From the NCBI GenBank assembly GCA_038229595.1, contig JBBROH010000002.1, positions 9,214 to 73,213 on the forward strand: DNA of 64,000 bases. Direction: 5' to 3'. This document shows positions 51,468 through 61,721 of this stretch, one piece after another (the stretch's first letter is position 1; each line of letters opens with the position of its first letter). Position numbers and translations under genes: made by a program. The notes below the pieces were generated by a model. The model did no database searches. It saw nothing but the letters and a program-made list of their open reading frames with translations, and was not told the DNA's origin. This stretch comes from Chloroflexia bacterium (GTDB lineage Bacteria > Chloroflexota > Chloroflexia > QHBQ01).

Positions 51468-52421
51468 ATGGATGAGCTTGTTACCCTGGCCGAGATCGTA
51501 GCGGCGCAAGAGCGGCTGCGCGGGGTGATCGTGCGTACCCCCCTCGTTGCTTACCCCTACCCGCTGGCCGACAACAACACCCTTTACCTCAAAGCCGAGT
51601 CGTTGCAACGTACTGGCAGCTTTAAGCTACGTGGTGCCTACAACAAGGCGGTCAGCCTCAGTGCGGCCCAACGCCAGCCTGGGCTGGTCGCTTACTCCTC
51701 TGGCAACCACGCCCAGGCTGTTGCCTGTGCCGCCCACCTGCTCGGCTGCCCGGCTACCATCGTGATGCCCAACAATGCGCCGCAGGTGAAGATCGAAGGG
51801 ACGCGCAGTTGGGGGGCGGAGATCATCTTTGCGGTGCCAGGCAATGAGGCGCGCCGCCTGATCGCCGAACAGATCGCTGAGCAGCAAGGCATGGCCCTGG
51901 TGCCGCCCTACGAAGATCGCCAGATCATCGCTGGGCAGGGAACAATCGGCATCGAAATACTTGCTGACCTGCCTGATGTTGAGGCAGTGCTGGTACCGGT
52001 TGGCGGTGGTGGTTTGCTCTCTGGGGTGGCAGCGGCGATCAAGTTGAGCAGGCCCCAGGTGGCGGTTTACGGGGTCGAACCGAGCAACGCCGCCGACGCA
52101 TACGACTCGTTCCACAAGGGGGCGGTCGTCAAGTGGGAGAGCAACAACACGGTGGCTGACGGTCTACGAACCGAGCGGATCGGCGACCTCAACTTCGCCC
52201 ACATTCAGCGGTATGTAGATGACATCTTCACCGTCAGCGAGGAGCAGATTGTGGAGACCATGCAGCACCTGACCCGCCAGGTTCACCTGTTGACCGAGCC
52301 GAGTGGGGCGGTGGCAACGGCAGCCCTCCGCAGCGGCAAGACAGGGTTGCGCGGCAAAAGGGTGGCGGCAGTAATCAGCGGCGGCAACGTCGAGATCGGC
52401 TTCTGCTGTGGCCTGCGCTAA
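51468..52421 (+). CDS. threonine/serine dehydratase (PLP fold-type II, catabolic threonine ammonia-lyase-like)
   Basis: PLP-lysine motif ESLQRTGSFKLRGAYNK. Glycine-rich loop. About 318 aa, no ACT regulatory domains. The second ATG (51468) has correct GGAGG spacing. Confidence 0.8.
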   Translation: MDELVTLAEIVAAQERLRGVIVRTPLVAYPYPLADNNTLYLKAESLQRTGSFKLRGAYNKAVSLSAAQRQPGLVAYSSGNHAQAVACAAHLLGCPATIVMPNNAPQVKIEGTRSWGAEIIFAVPGNEARRLIAEQIAEQQGMALVPPYEDRQIIAGQGTIGIEILADLPDVEAVLVPVGGGGLLSGVAAAIKLSRPQVAVYGVEPSNAADAYDSFHKGAVVKWESNNTVADGLRTERIGDLNFAHIQRYVDDIFTVSEEQIVETMQHLTRQVHLLTEPSGAVATAALRSGKTGLRGKRVAAVISGGNVEIGFCCGLR

Positions 52422-52475
52422 TTGCTTGACTATCCTGCCACAGGTTGGTACAATTGAGGCAGGGAGTATCAATAA

Positions 52476-53465
52476 GTGGCTAATCAGGTACAGGCAATTG
52501 AGACTGGACAGCAACGGGGCGGCCACAGCCACGCCCTTGAAGCAGCCATGCACCGCTGCAACCTGCGTGGGCAGGAGGTGGATCAGCAGCAAGCCAGCCA
52601 CCAGCGACAGCGCAAGCTGGTAACCGTGCTGCTGCTCAGTGCCTGCTTCATGGCGGTGGAGGTTGGGGCGGGGCTGCTCAGCGGCAGCCTCGCGCTGATT
52701 GCCGACGCGGGTCATATGCTGACCGACGTGGTGGGGGTGGGCATTGCCCTGTTCGCAGGCTGGCAGGCACGCCGCCCCGCAGACCAGCAGCACAGCTACG
52801 GCCACTATCGTAGCGAAATCCTGGCTGCCCTACTCAACGCTTTGCTCCTGCTAGCGGTTGGCAGCTACATCCTGGTCGAAGCCTGGCAACGTTGGCAGAA
52901 CCCCCCGTCGGTCGAAGGTGGTATCGTGCTAGTGGCGGCCAGCGTCGGTCTGCTGTTCAACCTTGTCTCCGTACGTCTGCTACACAGCCACGCGGGGGAC
53001 AACCTGAACATGAAGGCGGCCTTCTTCGAGGTGGTCAGTGACGCGGTTAGCTCTGCTGCTGTGCTACTGGCGGGCCTGATCCTCGTCTTTACCGGCTGGC
53101 GGTATGCCGACCCACTGTTCAGCGCAGCCATCGCCCTCTTTATCCTACCCCGCACGATTGGGCTGCTGCGCGAGGCGGTCAATGTGCTGCTGGAAGCCAC
53201 CCCCCGCCACCTGGATACGAGCGCGATCCAGGATGCGATCCTCAGCGTAGCGGGGGTGCGCGCCGTCCATGACCTGCATTGCTGGACGCTCACCTCTGGG
53301 GTCGAAGCCCTCAGCGCACACGTGCTGGTCGAAGATGCGCTGACCCGCTGCCCACAGGATACACTCTGTACCCTGCAAGCCCTGCTGCACGACCGCTTTG
53401 GTGTAGACCACAGCACGCTGCAACTGGAGGAAGTGGACTTGCAGGCCCAGGAGAGCAGCTTCTAG
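52476..53465 (+). CDS. cation diffusion facilitator (CDF) family metal efflux transporter
   Basis: Six TM. HxxxD-type metal sites (IADAGHMLTDV..., HSHAGDNLNMKAAFFEVVSDAVSS). C-terminal cytoplasmic domain. GTG start. Confidence 0.8.
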   Translation: MANQVQAIETGQQRGGHSHALEAAMHRCNLRGQEVDQQQASHQRQRKLVTVLLLSACFMAVEVGAGLLSGSLALIADAGHMLTDVVGVGIALFAGWQARRPADQQHSYGHYRSEILAALLNALLLLAVGSYILVEAWQRWQNPPSVEGGIVLVAASVGLLFNLVSVRLLHSHAGDNLNMKAAFFEVVSDAVSSAAVLLAGLILVFTGWRYADPLFSAAIALFILPRTIGLLREAVNVLLEATPRHLDTSAIQDAILSVAGVRAVHDLHCWTLTSGVEALSAHVLVEDALTRCPQDTLCTLQALLHDRFGVDHSTLQLEEVDLQAQESSF

Positions 53466-53541
53466 AAGCGCGTAGCAAGAGGCAGAGCAAGGGCGCACTG
53501 TACAGTGCGCCCCTCTAATTTGTGCCAACCTCGTGCGGTCT

Positions 53542-55389
53542 CTACTCCACCGTGACGCTCTTGGCGAGGTTGCGGGGCTGGTCCACGTCGGCCCCACGCC
53601 GCACTGCGATGTAGTAGGCCAGCAGTTGCAGCGGCAAGGCGGCCAGCACTGGTACCAGCAGCGGGTCGGTGGCGGGGATGTAGATTACATCGTCGGCCTT
53701 AGCCCCGATCTCGGTGTCCCCCTCGGTGGCGATAGCGATCACCTGTGCGTCGCGGGCCTTGACCTGCTCAATATTGCTGACCATCTTATCATACACTTTG
53801 TCGTGGGGGGCGATAGCGACAACCGGCACGTGCTGGTCTACCAGGGCGATAGTACCGTGCTTCAGTTCGCCGCCCGCAAAGCCTTCGGCGTGGATGTAGC
53901 TGATCTCCTTCAGCTTGAGCGCACCTTCGAGGGCGGTAGGGTAGTTGATCAGCCGACCGAGGAACAGGAAGTCGCTGGCGTGGGCGTACTTCTGGGCCAG
54001 CTTCTCATAACGGGCGCGGCCAGCCTCGCTCTCGTCCAGCAGGCTGCTAGCCTGGGCGGGTAGGGCGAGGATAGCGTGGATCAGTTCGCCCGCCCGCTCG
54101 TCGCTGAGGGTGCCACGCTCCTGGGCCAGGTACATGGCAAGCAGCAGTTCATCCACCACCATCGTCACGTAGGCTTTGGTCGAGGCCACCCCGATCTCTG
54201 GCCCGGCTTGCAGGTAGATCACCCCATCGGTGTCACGGCTAAGTTGGCTACCCACCACGTTGACGATACTGAGCAGCTTTGCCCCCTTATGGCGCGCTTC
54301 GGCTATCGCTTCGAGGGTATCCACCGTCTCCCCGCTCTGGCTGACCCCGACCACCAGGGTGTGTTCGTCCACAATCGGGTTGCGGTAGCGAAACTCGTGG
54401 GCGTAATCAACTTGCACCGGCAGGTGAGCAAGCTCCTCTACCATGTACTTGCCGACCATCGCGGCATGATAGGCAGTGCCGCAGGCAACAAAGATCAGCC
54501 TGTGGATTGCGGCCACGTCGAGGTTGGCGGCATCGAGCAGTACGCGCCGCTTCTCGGCATCCACCCGACCGCGGATCGTGTCGGTCAGGGCGCGGGGTTG
54601 CTCATAGATTTCCTTCTCCATAAAGTGCTTGTAGCCACTTTTGGCTGCCGCCACCGGATCCCAGGCCACAGTCTGCGGCTGGCGGGAGAGCGGATCGCCC
54701 TGCAAGTTGGTGTAGTCAGCCCCGTGCTGGGTGATCGTCACCACTTCGCCGGGGCTGAGAAAGACGACGCGGCGGGTGTGTTGCAAGATGGCAGGCATAT
54801 CGGAGGCAAGGAACATCTCGCCCTCGCCGTAGCCAACCACCACGCCGCCCGCGTTGGCGACCCGTGCGCCGACGATAGTGCCGGGTTCGCTGCTGCTCAT
54901 CACTGCAATAGCCGCCGCCCCCACGATGCGGTGTAGGGTAGATCGTACTGCCTCGGTGAGGGTCTGGCCGTCCTTCTGATAGCGTTCGATCATGTGCGGC
55001 AGCACTTCAGTGTCGGTCTCGGAGAGGAACTGGTAGCCGAGGGCTTGCAACTCGTGCTTGAGGCTGACGTAGTTCTCGATAATGCCATTGTGAATCACGA
55101 CGACCGTCCCGCCCTGGCTGAGGTGAGGGTGGGCGTTGAGGTCGCTTGGCTTGCCATGCGTGGCCCAGCGGGTATGGCCGATACCATAATGCCCCTGCAA
55201 TGGCGACTTCTGCAAGACGAGGCCGAGGTTGTGGAGCTTGCCTACGCTGCGGCGTAGCTCGATCTCGTTCTGCGCGTCCAGCACTGCAATACCCGCCGAG
55301 TCGTAGCCGCGATACTCCAACCGCTGCAAGCCTTCATAGATGATCGGCTGAGCTTCTTGTTCGCCAGTGTAAGCAACGATTCCACACAT
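53542..55389 (-). CDS. glmS: glutamine--fructose-6-phosphate aminotransferase
   Basis: MCGIVAYTGEQEA N-terminal Cys-1 glutaminase. Two SIS domains. C-terminal ...LAKSVTVE. Confidence 0.95.
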   Translation of the reverse strand: MCGIVAYTGEQEAQPIIYEGLQRLEYRGYDSAGIAVLDAQNEIELRRSVGKLHNLGLVLQKSPLQGHYGIGHTRWATHGKPSDLNAHPHLSQGGTVVVIHNGIIENYVSLKHELQALGYQFLSETDTEVLPHMIERYQKDGQTLTEAVRSTLHRIVGAAAIAVMSSSEPGTIVGARVANAGGVVVGYGEGEMFLASDMPAILQHTRRVVFLSPGEVVTITQHGADYTNLQGDPLSRQPQTVAWDPVAAAKSGYKHFMEKEIYEQPRALTDTIRGRVDAEKRRVLLDAANLDVAAIHRLIFVACGTAYHAAMVGKYMVEELAHLPVQVDYAHEFRYRNPIVDEHTLVVGVSQSGETVDTLEAIAEARHKGAKLLSIVNVVGSQLSRDTDGVIYLQAGPEIGVASTKAYVTMVVDELLLAMYLAQERGTLSDERAGELIHAILALPAQASSLLDESEAGRARYEKLAQKYAHASDFLFLGRLINYPTALEGALKLKEISYIHAEGFAGGELKHGTIALVDQHVPVVAIAPHDKVYDKMVSNIEQVKARDAQVIAIATEGDTEIGAKADDVIYIPATDPLLVPVLAALPLQLLAYYIAVRRGADVDQPRNLAKSVTVE

Positions 55390-55562
55390 CTTCTTCTGTT
55401 CCTGCTTTCTAAGTAGCTATCCCGCTCCTTGCCAGGCAAGGTCAGGGGTCTGTGATCAAAACACCGATGCACAGGCAAAGGTAACTGTCCTAGTTTACCA
55501 AACACGCAGGCTGGCTGACGAATCTGCTGGCCGCGCACTGCCGCTAGCCGCAACATCTCTGC

Positions 55563-57113
55563 TCAAGGCACAAGCGGGGTGGCGGTAGCACTGGCAGGCG
55601 GCACGCTGAAGGGGCGCAGCGGCAAGGTAGCGGAGGGGCTGGGGGCTGGTTCGCTGGTGGCATTGGGGGTGGGCGCACTAGGACTAAGCACGGGGCTGGC
55701 GGATGGTGCGGGCGATGTATTTGACAGGGGGCTGCTGCCAAAGGGAGGGCTGCTGGCAGAGGGTGAGGGGGGGCTGCTGGCAGAGGGTGAGGGTAGACCG
55801 AGGGTGACGCTGGGGCTGGGTCGGACAGTAGGGCTGGGCAGGAGGCTAAGCGTCACCTGTACCTGCTCTGGGCTGGCTGCCTGCAAGTTGATACCTGGGG
55901 GCAGCAGGATCGTCGGCCTGACCTGGTGGATGCCCCCGCCCAGGCCGCTGAGGTCTAGCGTCGCCCGCACCGTCGAGGGGTCAAGGGCTTGCAAGGAGCG
56001 CAGGCTACCCTGCAACTTGAGGTTGATCTGGCGGGTATCTACTTGCACGCTGTAACCAGCTACCAGGTTGGTGACGGTGGGGATCACTGGCAAGTCCTGG
56101 CTAGACTGCACCGCCCGAATCGTCACCCCCACCTGCACGCTGTTCTCCATGTTCAGCAGGCTGACCCCAGTGGTCAGCACCAGGCGTTGCTGGGTGATAA
56201 TGCTGCTCTCGCGGCCCGTGATATCGAGCGGCTCTGTTTCGAGGAAGTTGATCTTGCTCATCACCAGCGGGTCGCCGAGGATGGTAGCAGTGTTCGGCTC
56301 AATTCGTATCTCATCCACCTGGTAGCCGCTGGCTGGTTCGCCGAGGACAACCGACTTGAGCGGCACCGTCTTGTAGTTGATGCCCAGGCTGATCGTGGCG
56401 GTGATGGCGACCGCCTCCGGCTGGAAGCTGACCCCGCTGACCGTGCGCCCCTGGCTGTCGAGGGCGGTCGGCTGCACGCGCCCCTGCACCGTCGCACTCT
56501 TGCCGTTTACGTCCACCACCACTTCGGCGGTCGCTACCTGGGCCACCACTTCGGCGGGGCCAGAGACAGCCACCGTATTAGTCTCCACCTGAAGCGGCTG
56601 GATGTTGTAGCCGATCTGGGCTGTCCCCTCGGTGCGCGCAGTCAGCGATATCACCTTGTTGGCCTGCAATGTCGCCTGCACCTGCACGTTGAGCGGGTCT
56701 ACGTTCTGCACAGTCACACCGGGGGGGGTTTCGACGTTGATTTTTAGGATGTGGGTGCCAGCCCCCAGCCCGGCCATGTCCACGATGGGGTGGATGTCGG
56801 AGCCGGTGATCTTACTCAGCACCGACTGCGGCGCACTCACGCGGATCGTTGCGTTGCTAGAACTGGAGTTGACCTTCAGGTTGGGCGCAACATTGCGTAG
56901 TTGGATGGTGATGTTGGGGTAGGGGGTAGTGGTCTCTGGGTTCTCCTGGCTGGTGACGTAGACCCAGAGGGTTGCGCCCAGTAGCACGGCGAAGACAGCC
57001 CGCAGCAGCAGACCGAGCAGGGCAGCCCGTGGCTGGTCCGCCCCCTCGTCAAAGAGCCAGCCAGTCTTGTCGCTGCTACTGCGCTTGAGCAGGCGGCGGG
57101 GGTTGAGGTTCAT
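55563..57113 (-). CDS. cdaR: YbbR-domain protein (CdaR, diadenylate-cyclase regulator) with Ser/Pro-rich C-terminal tail
   Basis: N-terminal TM. Four repeated YbbR-like beta domains. C-terminal SPPSPSASSPPSPSASSPP low-complexity tail. Start overlaps the cdaA stop by 4 nt. Confidence 0.7.
   Translation of the reverse strand: MNLNPRRLLKRSSSDKTGWLFDEGADQPRAALLGLLLRAVFAVLLGATLWVYVTSQENPETTTPYPNITIQLRNVAPNLKVNSSSSNATIRVSAPQSVLSKITGSDIHPIVDMAGLGAGTHILKINVETPPGVTVQNVDPLNVQVQATLQANKVISLTARTEGTAQIGYNIQPLQVETNTVAVSGPAEVVAQVATAEVVVDVNGKSATVQGRVQPTALDSQGRTVSGVSFQPEAVAITATISLGINYKTVPLKSVVLGEPASGYQVDEIRIEPNTATILGDPLVMSKINFLETEPLDITGRESSIITQQRLVLTTGVSLLNMENSVQVGVTIRAVQSSQDLPVIPTVTNLVAGYSVQVDTRQINLKLQGSLRSLQALDPSTVRATLDLSGLGGGIHQVRPTILLPPGINLQAASPEQVQVTLSLLPSPTVRPSPSVTLGLPSPSASSPPSPSASSPPFGSSPLSNTSPAPSASPVLSPSAPTPNATSEPAPSPSATLPLRPFSVPPASATATPLVP
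55728..55795. repeat. 24-bp coding tandem repeat with G7 homopolymer in the cdaR tail
   Basis: ggctgctggcagagggtgaggggg x2 plus a partial copy. Contains ggggggg at about 55767-55773. Encodes SPPSPSAS repeats on the minus strand. Confidence 0.5.
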
Positions 57114-58057
57114 GGCCGCGCCCTGCTGCTGGCTTCGCTTTGGCCCTTCGCCGCTGCGTCGGCCAAGCGAGGCGGCAGGGCTGGGCTGTCGGCCTTACCG
57201 AGGTCGCGAACATCTAGGGGGAGGGTGCTGAGGCGGCGTTCGTCGGCAGCTTGTCGCTTACCCCGCTTGCTGCGTAGGCGGAACAGACCGCGCAACATCC
57301 CTGCCAGTTGCTCATCATCAAGATTGCTGATCAGCTTACCGTTGTTGACCGCGAGCGAGATCGTCCCTGTTTCCTCGGAGACAACCACTACCACAGCGTC
57401 GGAGTGTTCGGTGATCCCGATGGCGGCCCGGTGGCGGGTGCCGCGCTTGATGCTGCCGAAGGTGTTTTCGGTCAGCGGCAGCACCACCCCAGCGGCGACC
57501 ACCCGCCCGCCCCGCACGATCACCGCGCCGTCATGCAGGGGTGAGTTGGGGAAGAACAGATTGGCAAGCAACTGGCGCGAAACGCGAGCATCAATCAGCG
57601 TCCCCTTGTTGGCATACTCTTGCAAGCCAGTGCGCCGCTCCATGACGATCAAGGCACCGATGTGGCGGCGGCTGAGTTCGCTGGCGGTGGCGACCACCTC
57701 ATCTATGCTGGCGAGGATGGTGGGCGAGTGAGCGAACTGGTTGCTGCGGCTGAAGAAGTCGGAGCCACGCCCCAGCGTCTCCAACGCCCGCCGCAACTCT
57801 GGCTGGAAGATGACTGGCAGGGCGACCAGCATGGCGGGGATCGAGTTGCGGATTAGCCAGCTAAGGGCAGTCAGCTTCAGCACCGAGCCGAGGATCACCG
57901 CAGCAAAGAGCAGCACGCCGATGCCGCGCACGAGTTGCACCGCCCGCGTACCCTGGATGGCGGTCAGTAGCCAAAAGAAGACCAGACTAACCAGCAAGAT
58001 GTCCAGCAGGGTTTCGAGGTTGATGCGTGATAGTACCCAGCCAAACTGCGTATCCAA
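57110..58057 (-). CDS. cdaA: diadenylate cyclase CdaA (c-di-AMP synthase)
   Basis: Three N-terminal TM helices. DisA_N/DAC domain with conserved motifs (...GALIVMERRTGL..., SPLHDGAVIVRGGRVVAAGVVLPLTEN, RHRAAIGITEHSDAVVVVVSEETGTISLA). Confidence 0.85.
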   Translation of the reverse strand: MDTQFGWVLSRINLETLLDILLVSLVFFWLLTAIQGTRAVQLVRGIGVLLFAAVILGSVLKLTALSWLIRNSIPAMLVALPVIFQPELRRALETLGRGSDFFSRSNQFAHSPTILASIDEVVATASELSRRHIGALIVMERRTGLQEYANKGTLIDARVSRQLLANLFFPNSPLHDGAVIVRGGRVVAAGVVLPLTENTFGSIKRGTRHRAAIGITEHSDAVVVVVSEETGTISLAVNNGKLISNLDDEQLAGMLRGLFRLRSKRGKRQAADERRLSTLPLDVRDLGKADSPALPPRLADAAAKGQSEASSRARP

Positions 58058-58139
58058 CAGCGTTGCCTTCCAGGTGACGGGGTGAGCAGGGAATGATAGT
58101 GATGAGCGAGATTAAGTGAGCAAGAGCGCAAGTACGCCC

Positions 58140-61100
58140 CTACTGTGCGCCAGCCTCCTTTGCTTCGCCGACGACCGCTGGCTCGGCGGCTGGCTCGGCC
58201 ACGGCCAATAGGCTAGCCTGCTGGGCCGTCTCCGCCAGCGGGCCAGGCTCGTCCGCCGTTGCTTCAACCAGTGGTGGGGCAGGCGGGCTAGCCCCATCAG
58301 GTGACGTTGCCTCGGCCTGCTGATCGCCAGGTGGCTGGCTAGCTGCCACTGCGGGCGGCATGGCGGGCGCACTCTTTGGCTGGCCGCCCTGGGCTGCCCG
58401 TTTCTCGGCGGCACGGCGGGTCATCTCCGCTTGCAAGATCGGCACCTGGTGGTCAGCAGGGTTGAGGCGCGTCAGGCGGGCGTACAGCTTGGCCGCCTGC
58501 CCAAACTCCTGCTTGACGGTCAGCAGCTTGCCCAGGGCGTAGTACGCCTCCGTGTCCTCCGGGGCGAGGCCGATCACCTGATGCAGGGCGGCTTCGGCCT
58601 CTTGCAGGTTGCCCTGCTGCATACAGATGCGGGCAATGGCCTTCTGCTCCTTCACCGCATCGCCCAGGCGACCAGCCTGGATGTGCAGGTTGATCAACTG
58701 CTGGCGGGCCTCTACATCGTTCGGCGAAATGCGGGTGATGCGGTCGTAGATGTCGTAGGCGGCCTGCTGCTTACTCATCATCCACTGTATTTCGGCGGCC
58801 TGTTGCAGGCTCCGCACCGCGTCCTTGAGCATACCGCTCTTTTGTTGCAGGTCGGCCAGCGTATCAAGCTCGTTCAAGCCCTGCTCGATCAGCCCGCGCT
58901 TGAGGTAGATTTCGCTCAGGCGTTGGCGGATGGCGATGTTGGAGGGGGCTAGCAGGGTCATCTGCAAAAGGGTTTCGATCTGCTTGTCGGTCTGGAAGCT
59001 AGCCTTGTAGTGTTCGACCAGTTCGTTGAGCGCGGTCAGGGCTTTCGGCAACTGCCCCTGGCGGAAGTAGAGGTCGGAGAGGCGGGTGTACACTTCGCGG
59101 TCATAAGGCAGCATCCGCTTCAGTTCTTCGAGGTAGACCACCGCGCTGTCCGCATCACCGCTGAGAGAGTAGGCTTCGGCGAGACTGTGGTAGACGTTGG
59201 CGCGCAAAGGCAGGCGGGCGAAGGCGTAGTTGGGCCGAGGCGAGAGGGGCGCGTCGTCACCCTCAATCAGGGTACGAACCTGCTCAAGGCTGCGGGCTGC
59301 TTCTTGCCCGCGCCCAGCAGCGACGTAGAGTTCGCCGAGCAGGTTACGCATCAGTACATCAAGCAGCGTAGTACCTAGCGGCGGCAACTGGCGGATGCCC
59401 CGTTCGAGGCTGGCTATCGCCTCGTCGCGGCTCGCGGCCCGCTGCAACAGAGCGAGGCTGTAGTCGAAGTCGGGCAGGAAGTGGCGCATAGCGGCCCGGC
59501 TATACTCGCCCACCGCTGCCTCATGGTCGGGTGCGTTGCGTTCGCTGCGGCTCAACACCTCGTTGAGCGCGTCCCAGCGGGTCTCCTCCCCCTGGATGGT
59601 GAGCAGAGTGTTGAGCCGCACCATCGCCAGCGTATTACCCGCCTCTATTTCCAGGACGCGGCGCAGTTCGCCCATCGCTTCGCTGTAGCGTTCGCGGCTA
59701 GAGAGGAAGTCAGCGTAGGCCAGGCGCACCGCTGCATTCTGGGGCGCAAGCTGGCGGGCGCGGCGGTACTCCTCGGCAGCCCGCTCGTCCTGGGCCAGTT
59801 GGGTGTAGATGCGGGCCATCTCCATGTACTGGCCTGCCGCATCCTCTTTGCGGCTGAGGTCAACCAGCAGGGCGGCGTAGCGACCGCGCAGACCGAGATT
59901 GTTGCCATCGTAGGCGAGGATGCGCTGATATATGTCAGCAGCAGCCTGCGGTTCGCCGCGCACTAGATACAGATCGAGGGTAGTCTGGAACTTGGTCAGC
60001 GCGTCTTCGGTGCGCCCCTGGCCGAGGTAGAGTTCCCCCAGCTTGAGGTGGACGGGCAGATAGTCAGGAGCAAGGCGGATCACCTCGAAAGCGGTGTCCA
60101 CTGCCGCATAGTAGGCTTGCTGTTCGCCATAGCCTTGCAGGTCGATCAACATCTGGTTAACAGTATGGCTGAGGTTCTGGGCCTCACGGCTGGCCCGTGC
60201 CGCCATCGCCTGCTCTACATTGGGCGGGGGGGTGGCAGCTTCGGCGCGTAGGCTACGGATAGCACCGCCGCGGCTCTCTGCGGGCAGCCCACTTTCGGCC
60301 AGCCTGGTAGTCGGCTGAACATTGCTCTGGCTACCCTCGTCCAGCCGTCGCAGGGGGGCAGGCACGGCGGCAGGCGGCGGGTCTGGCTCGGCAGGGGCGG
60401 GCGCGCGCAGGTAGTCAGTGATCGGGCGCAGGGTGTCAGACTCGCGCAGGCGACCGCTCAACACCTCTGGCGACCGCGCAACCAACCCCACTGCATTGTC
60501 CTGGTCTACGCCACCCTCGGCTCCACTGAGGCGCATCAGCTTGGCGCGCATGGAGTCTTCGGTCAGCGACTCCGCCTTGCGCCGAATCTCGTCGGTGCGC
60601 TCCTTGTTCCACTTGCGGCTTTGCAGGAAACCCGCCAGGCTGGTGTAGAGGCTAGCAGCACGAGAGGTATTTTGCAGGGCGGTGTAGGTGCTGGCAGCGG
60701 CCTCGTAGAGTTGGATCAGGTCTTCGATCTCGCCCTTGCCGATGGTTTGCATATTGATCAGGCGCAGAGCGTTGTCATAAGCACCACCAGCGGCAGGCAG
60801 GTTGCCCAACGCCCGCTGGCTTTCGCCCATGCTGTAGTAGGCAGACATGGCGTACTCCTCGTCCTGGGCGATCACCTGGAACTGGTCAACCGCCTGCTGG
60901 TGCTGACCGCCAAGCTGGTAGAGCAGGCCGAGGTTGAACACCACGTCAGGCCGCTTCACCCCGCTGTTGACTAGGCTTTCGTAGATGCGGGCGGCAGCGG
61001 CGTACTGTCTACGCTCCTGGTAGCCATTGGCGAGGGCGAACATCTCGTTTACCTGGGTCTGGCTCAGTTCAGTGCCAGCCACCTTCGCGAGTGCGGGGGC

Positions 61101-61721
61101 GGCGGCAGCAGTGGCGGTCTGCCCCTCGGTGGCAATGCGGCGTAGGCGGAACAGAAGGTCGCGGGCTTCGCGACTCTCTGGATCGAGGCTGGTAGCGGCT
61201 TCAGCCAGGCGGATCGCCTCATCCGTGTTGTTCTGCTCAAGGGCAAGGTTGGCGAGGGTCAGGTAGGCCGCGACCGTCGCGCCAGTATCGCCAATGGCGC
61301 GGCTCAATTCGGCAATACGTTGATAGATGGTCTTGTTCTTCGGCTCCAAGCGGGTTAGTTCTTGCAGAGCCTTGATCGCTTCGCCAGCCTGGTTCTGCTG
61401 CTCAAACAGGTCGGCCAGCCGAAAGTAGGTGCGCGAGGCATCGGCGGTGCGCTCAGTGGCAGCATAAATCTCGGCCAGTTGGCCCTGGACAAAGGTATCC
61501 TGCGGCTGTTTCTCGGCCAGCGCACTGTACTCGCGCAGGGCATCGGGCCACTGCTTGAGGCGCAGGTGGGCGAGGGCGAGGTTACCACGAGCGGAGAGGT
61601 CGTCGGGGAACTCAGCTATCGCCCGCTGGTACTCCTTGAGCGCACGATCCCATTGGTTCTGCCAGGCGTAGTCATGACCACGCTTGAGGGCCGTCTCGAA
61701 CAATGCTCTATTACCAGCCAT
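58140..61721 (-). CDS. large tetratricopeptide-repeat (TPR) protein, about 1190 aa
   Basis: More than 25 TPR-like helical repeats (AxxxYxxAxxxxP periodicity). Pro/Ala-rich acidic C-terminal tail. Start at MAGNRALFE (61721) follows a GGGGAG RBS. The ORF-track start 61931 is too long. Confidence 0.75.
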   Translation of the reverse strand: MAGNRALFETALKRGHDYAWQNQWDRALKEYQRAIAEFPDDLSARGNLALAHLRLKQWPDALREYSALAEKQPQDTFVQGQLAEIYAATERTADASRTYFRLADLFEQQNQAGEAIKALQELTRLEPKNKTIYQRIAELSRAIGDTGATVAAYLTLANLALEQNNTDEAIRLAEAATSLDPESREARDLLFRLRRIATEGQTATAAAAPALAKVAGTELSQTQVNEMFALANGYQERRQYAAAARIYESLVNSGVKRPDVVFNLGLLYQLGGQHQQAVDQFQVIAQDEEYAMSAYYSMGESQRALGNLPAAGGAYDNALRLINMQTIGKGEIEDLIQLYEAAASTYTALQNTSRAASLYTSLAGFLQSRKWNKERTDEIRRKAESLTEDSMRAKLMRLSGAEGGVDQDNAVGLVARSPEVLSGRLRESDTLRPITDYLRAPAPAEPDPPPAAVPAPLRRLDEGSQSNVQPTTRLAESGLPAESRGGAIRSLRAEAATPPPNVEQAMAARASREAQNLSHTVNQMLIDLQGYGEQQAYYAAVDTAFEVIRLAPDYLPVHLKLGELYLGQGRTEDALTKFQTTLDLYLVRGEPQAAADIYQRILAYDGNNLGLRGRYAALLVDLSRKEDAAGQYMEMARIYTQLAQDERAAEEYRRARQLAPQNAAVRLAYADFLSSRERYSEAMGELRRVLEIEAGNTLAMVRLNTLLTIQGEETRWDALNEVLSRSERNAPDHEAAVGEYSRAAMRHFLPDFDYSLALLQRAASRDEAIASLERGIRQLPPLGTTLLDVLMRNLLGELYVAAGRGQEAARSLEQVRTLIEGDDAPLSPRPNYAFARLPLRANVYHSLAEAYSLSGDADSAVVYLEELKRMLPYDREVYTRLSDLYFRQGQLPKALTALNELVEHYKASFQTDKQIETLLQMTLLAPSNIAIRQRLSEIYLKRGLIEQGLNELDTLADLQQKSGMLKDAVRSLQQAAEIQWMMSKQQAAYDIYDRITRISPNDVEARQQLINLHIQAGRLGDAVKEQKAIARICMQQGNLQEAEAALHQVIGLAPEDTEAYYALGKLLTVKQEFGQAAKLYARLTRLNPADHQVPILQAEMTRRAAEKRAAQGGQPKSAPAMPPAVAASQPPGDQQAEATSPDGASPPAPPLVEATADEPGPLAETAQQASLLAVAEPAAEPAVVGEAKEAGAQ

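Noticed and set aside
55390-55562. Possible glmS ribozyme in the 173-nt leader of glmS
   Set aside because: The minus-strand leader was read in full. The conserved glmS ribozyme core blocks (AGCGCCAGAACU, GACGAGG, GGUUAUCGAAUU-like) are absent. The region instead looks like an ordinary spacer with a GGAGCGGG-type RBS.
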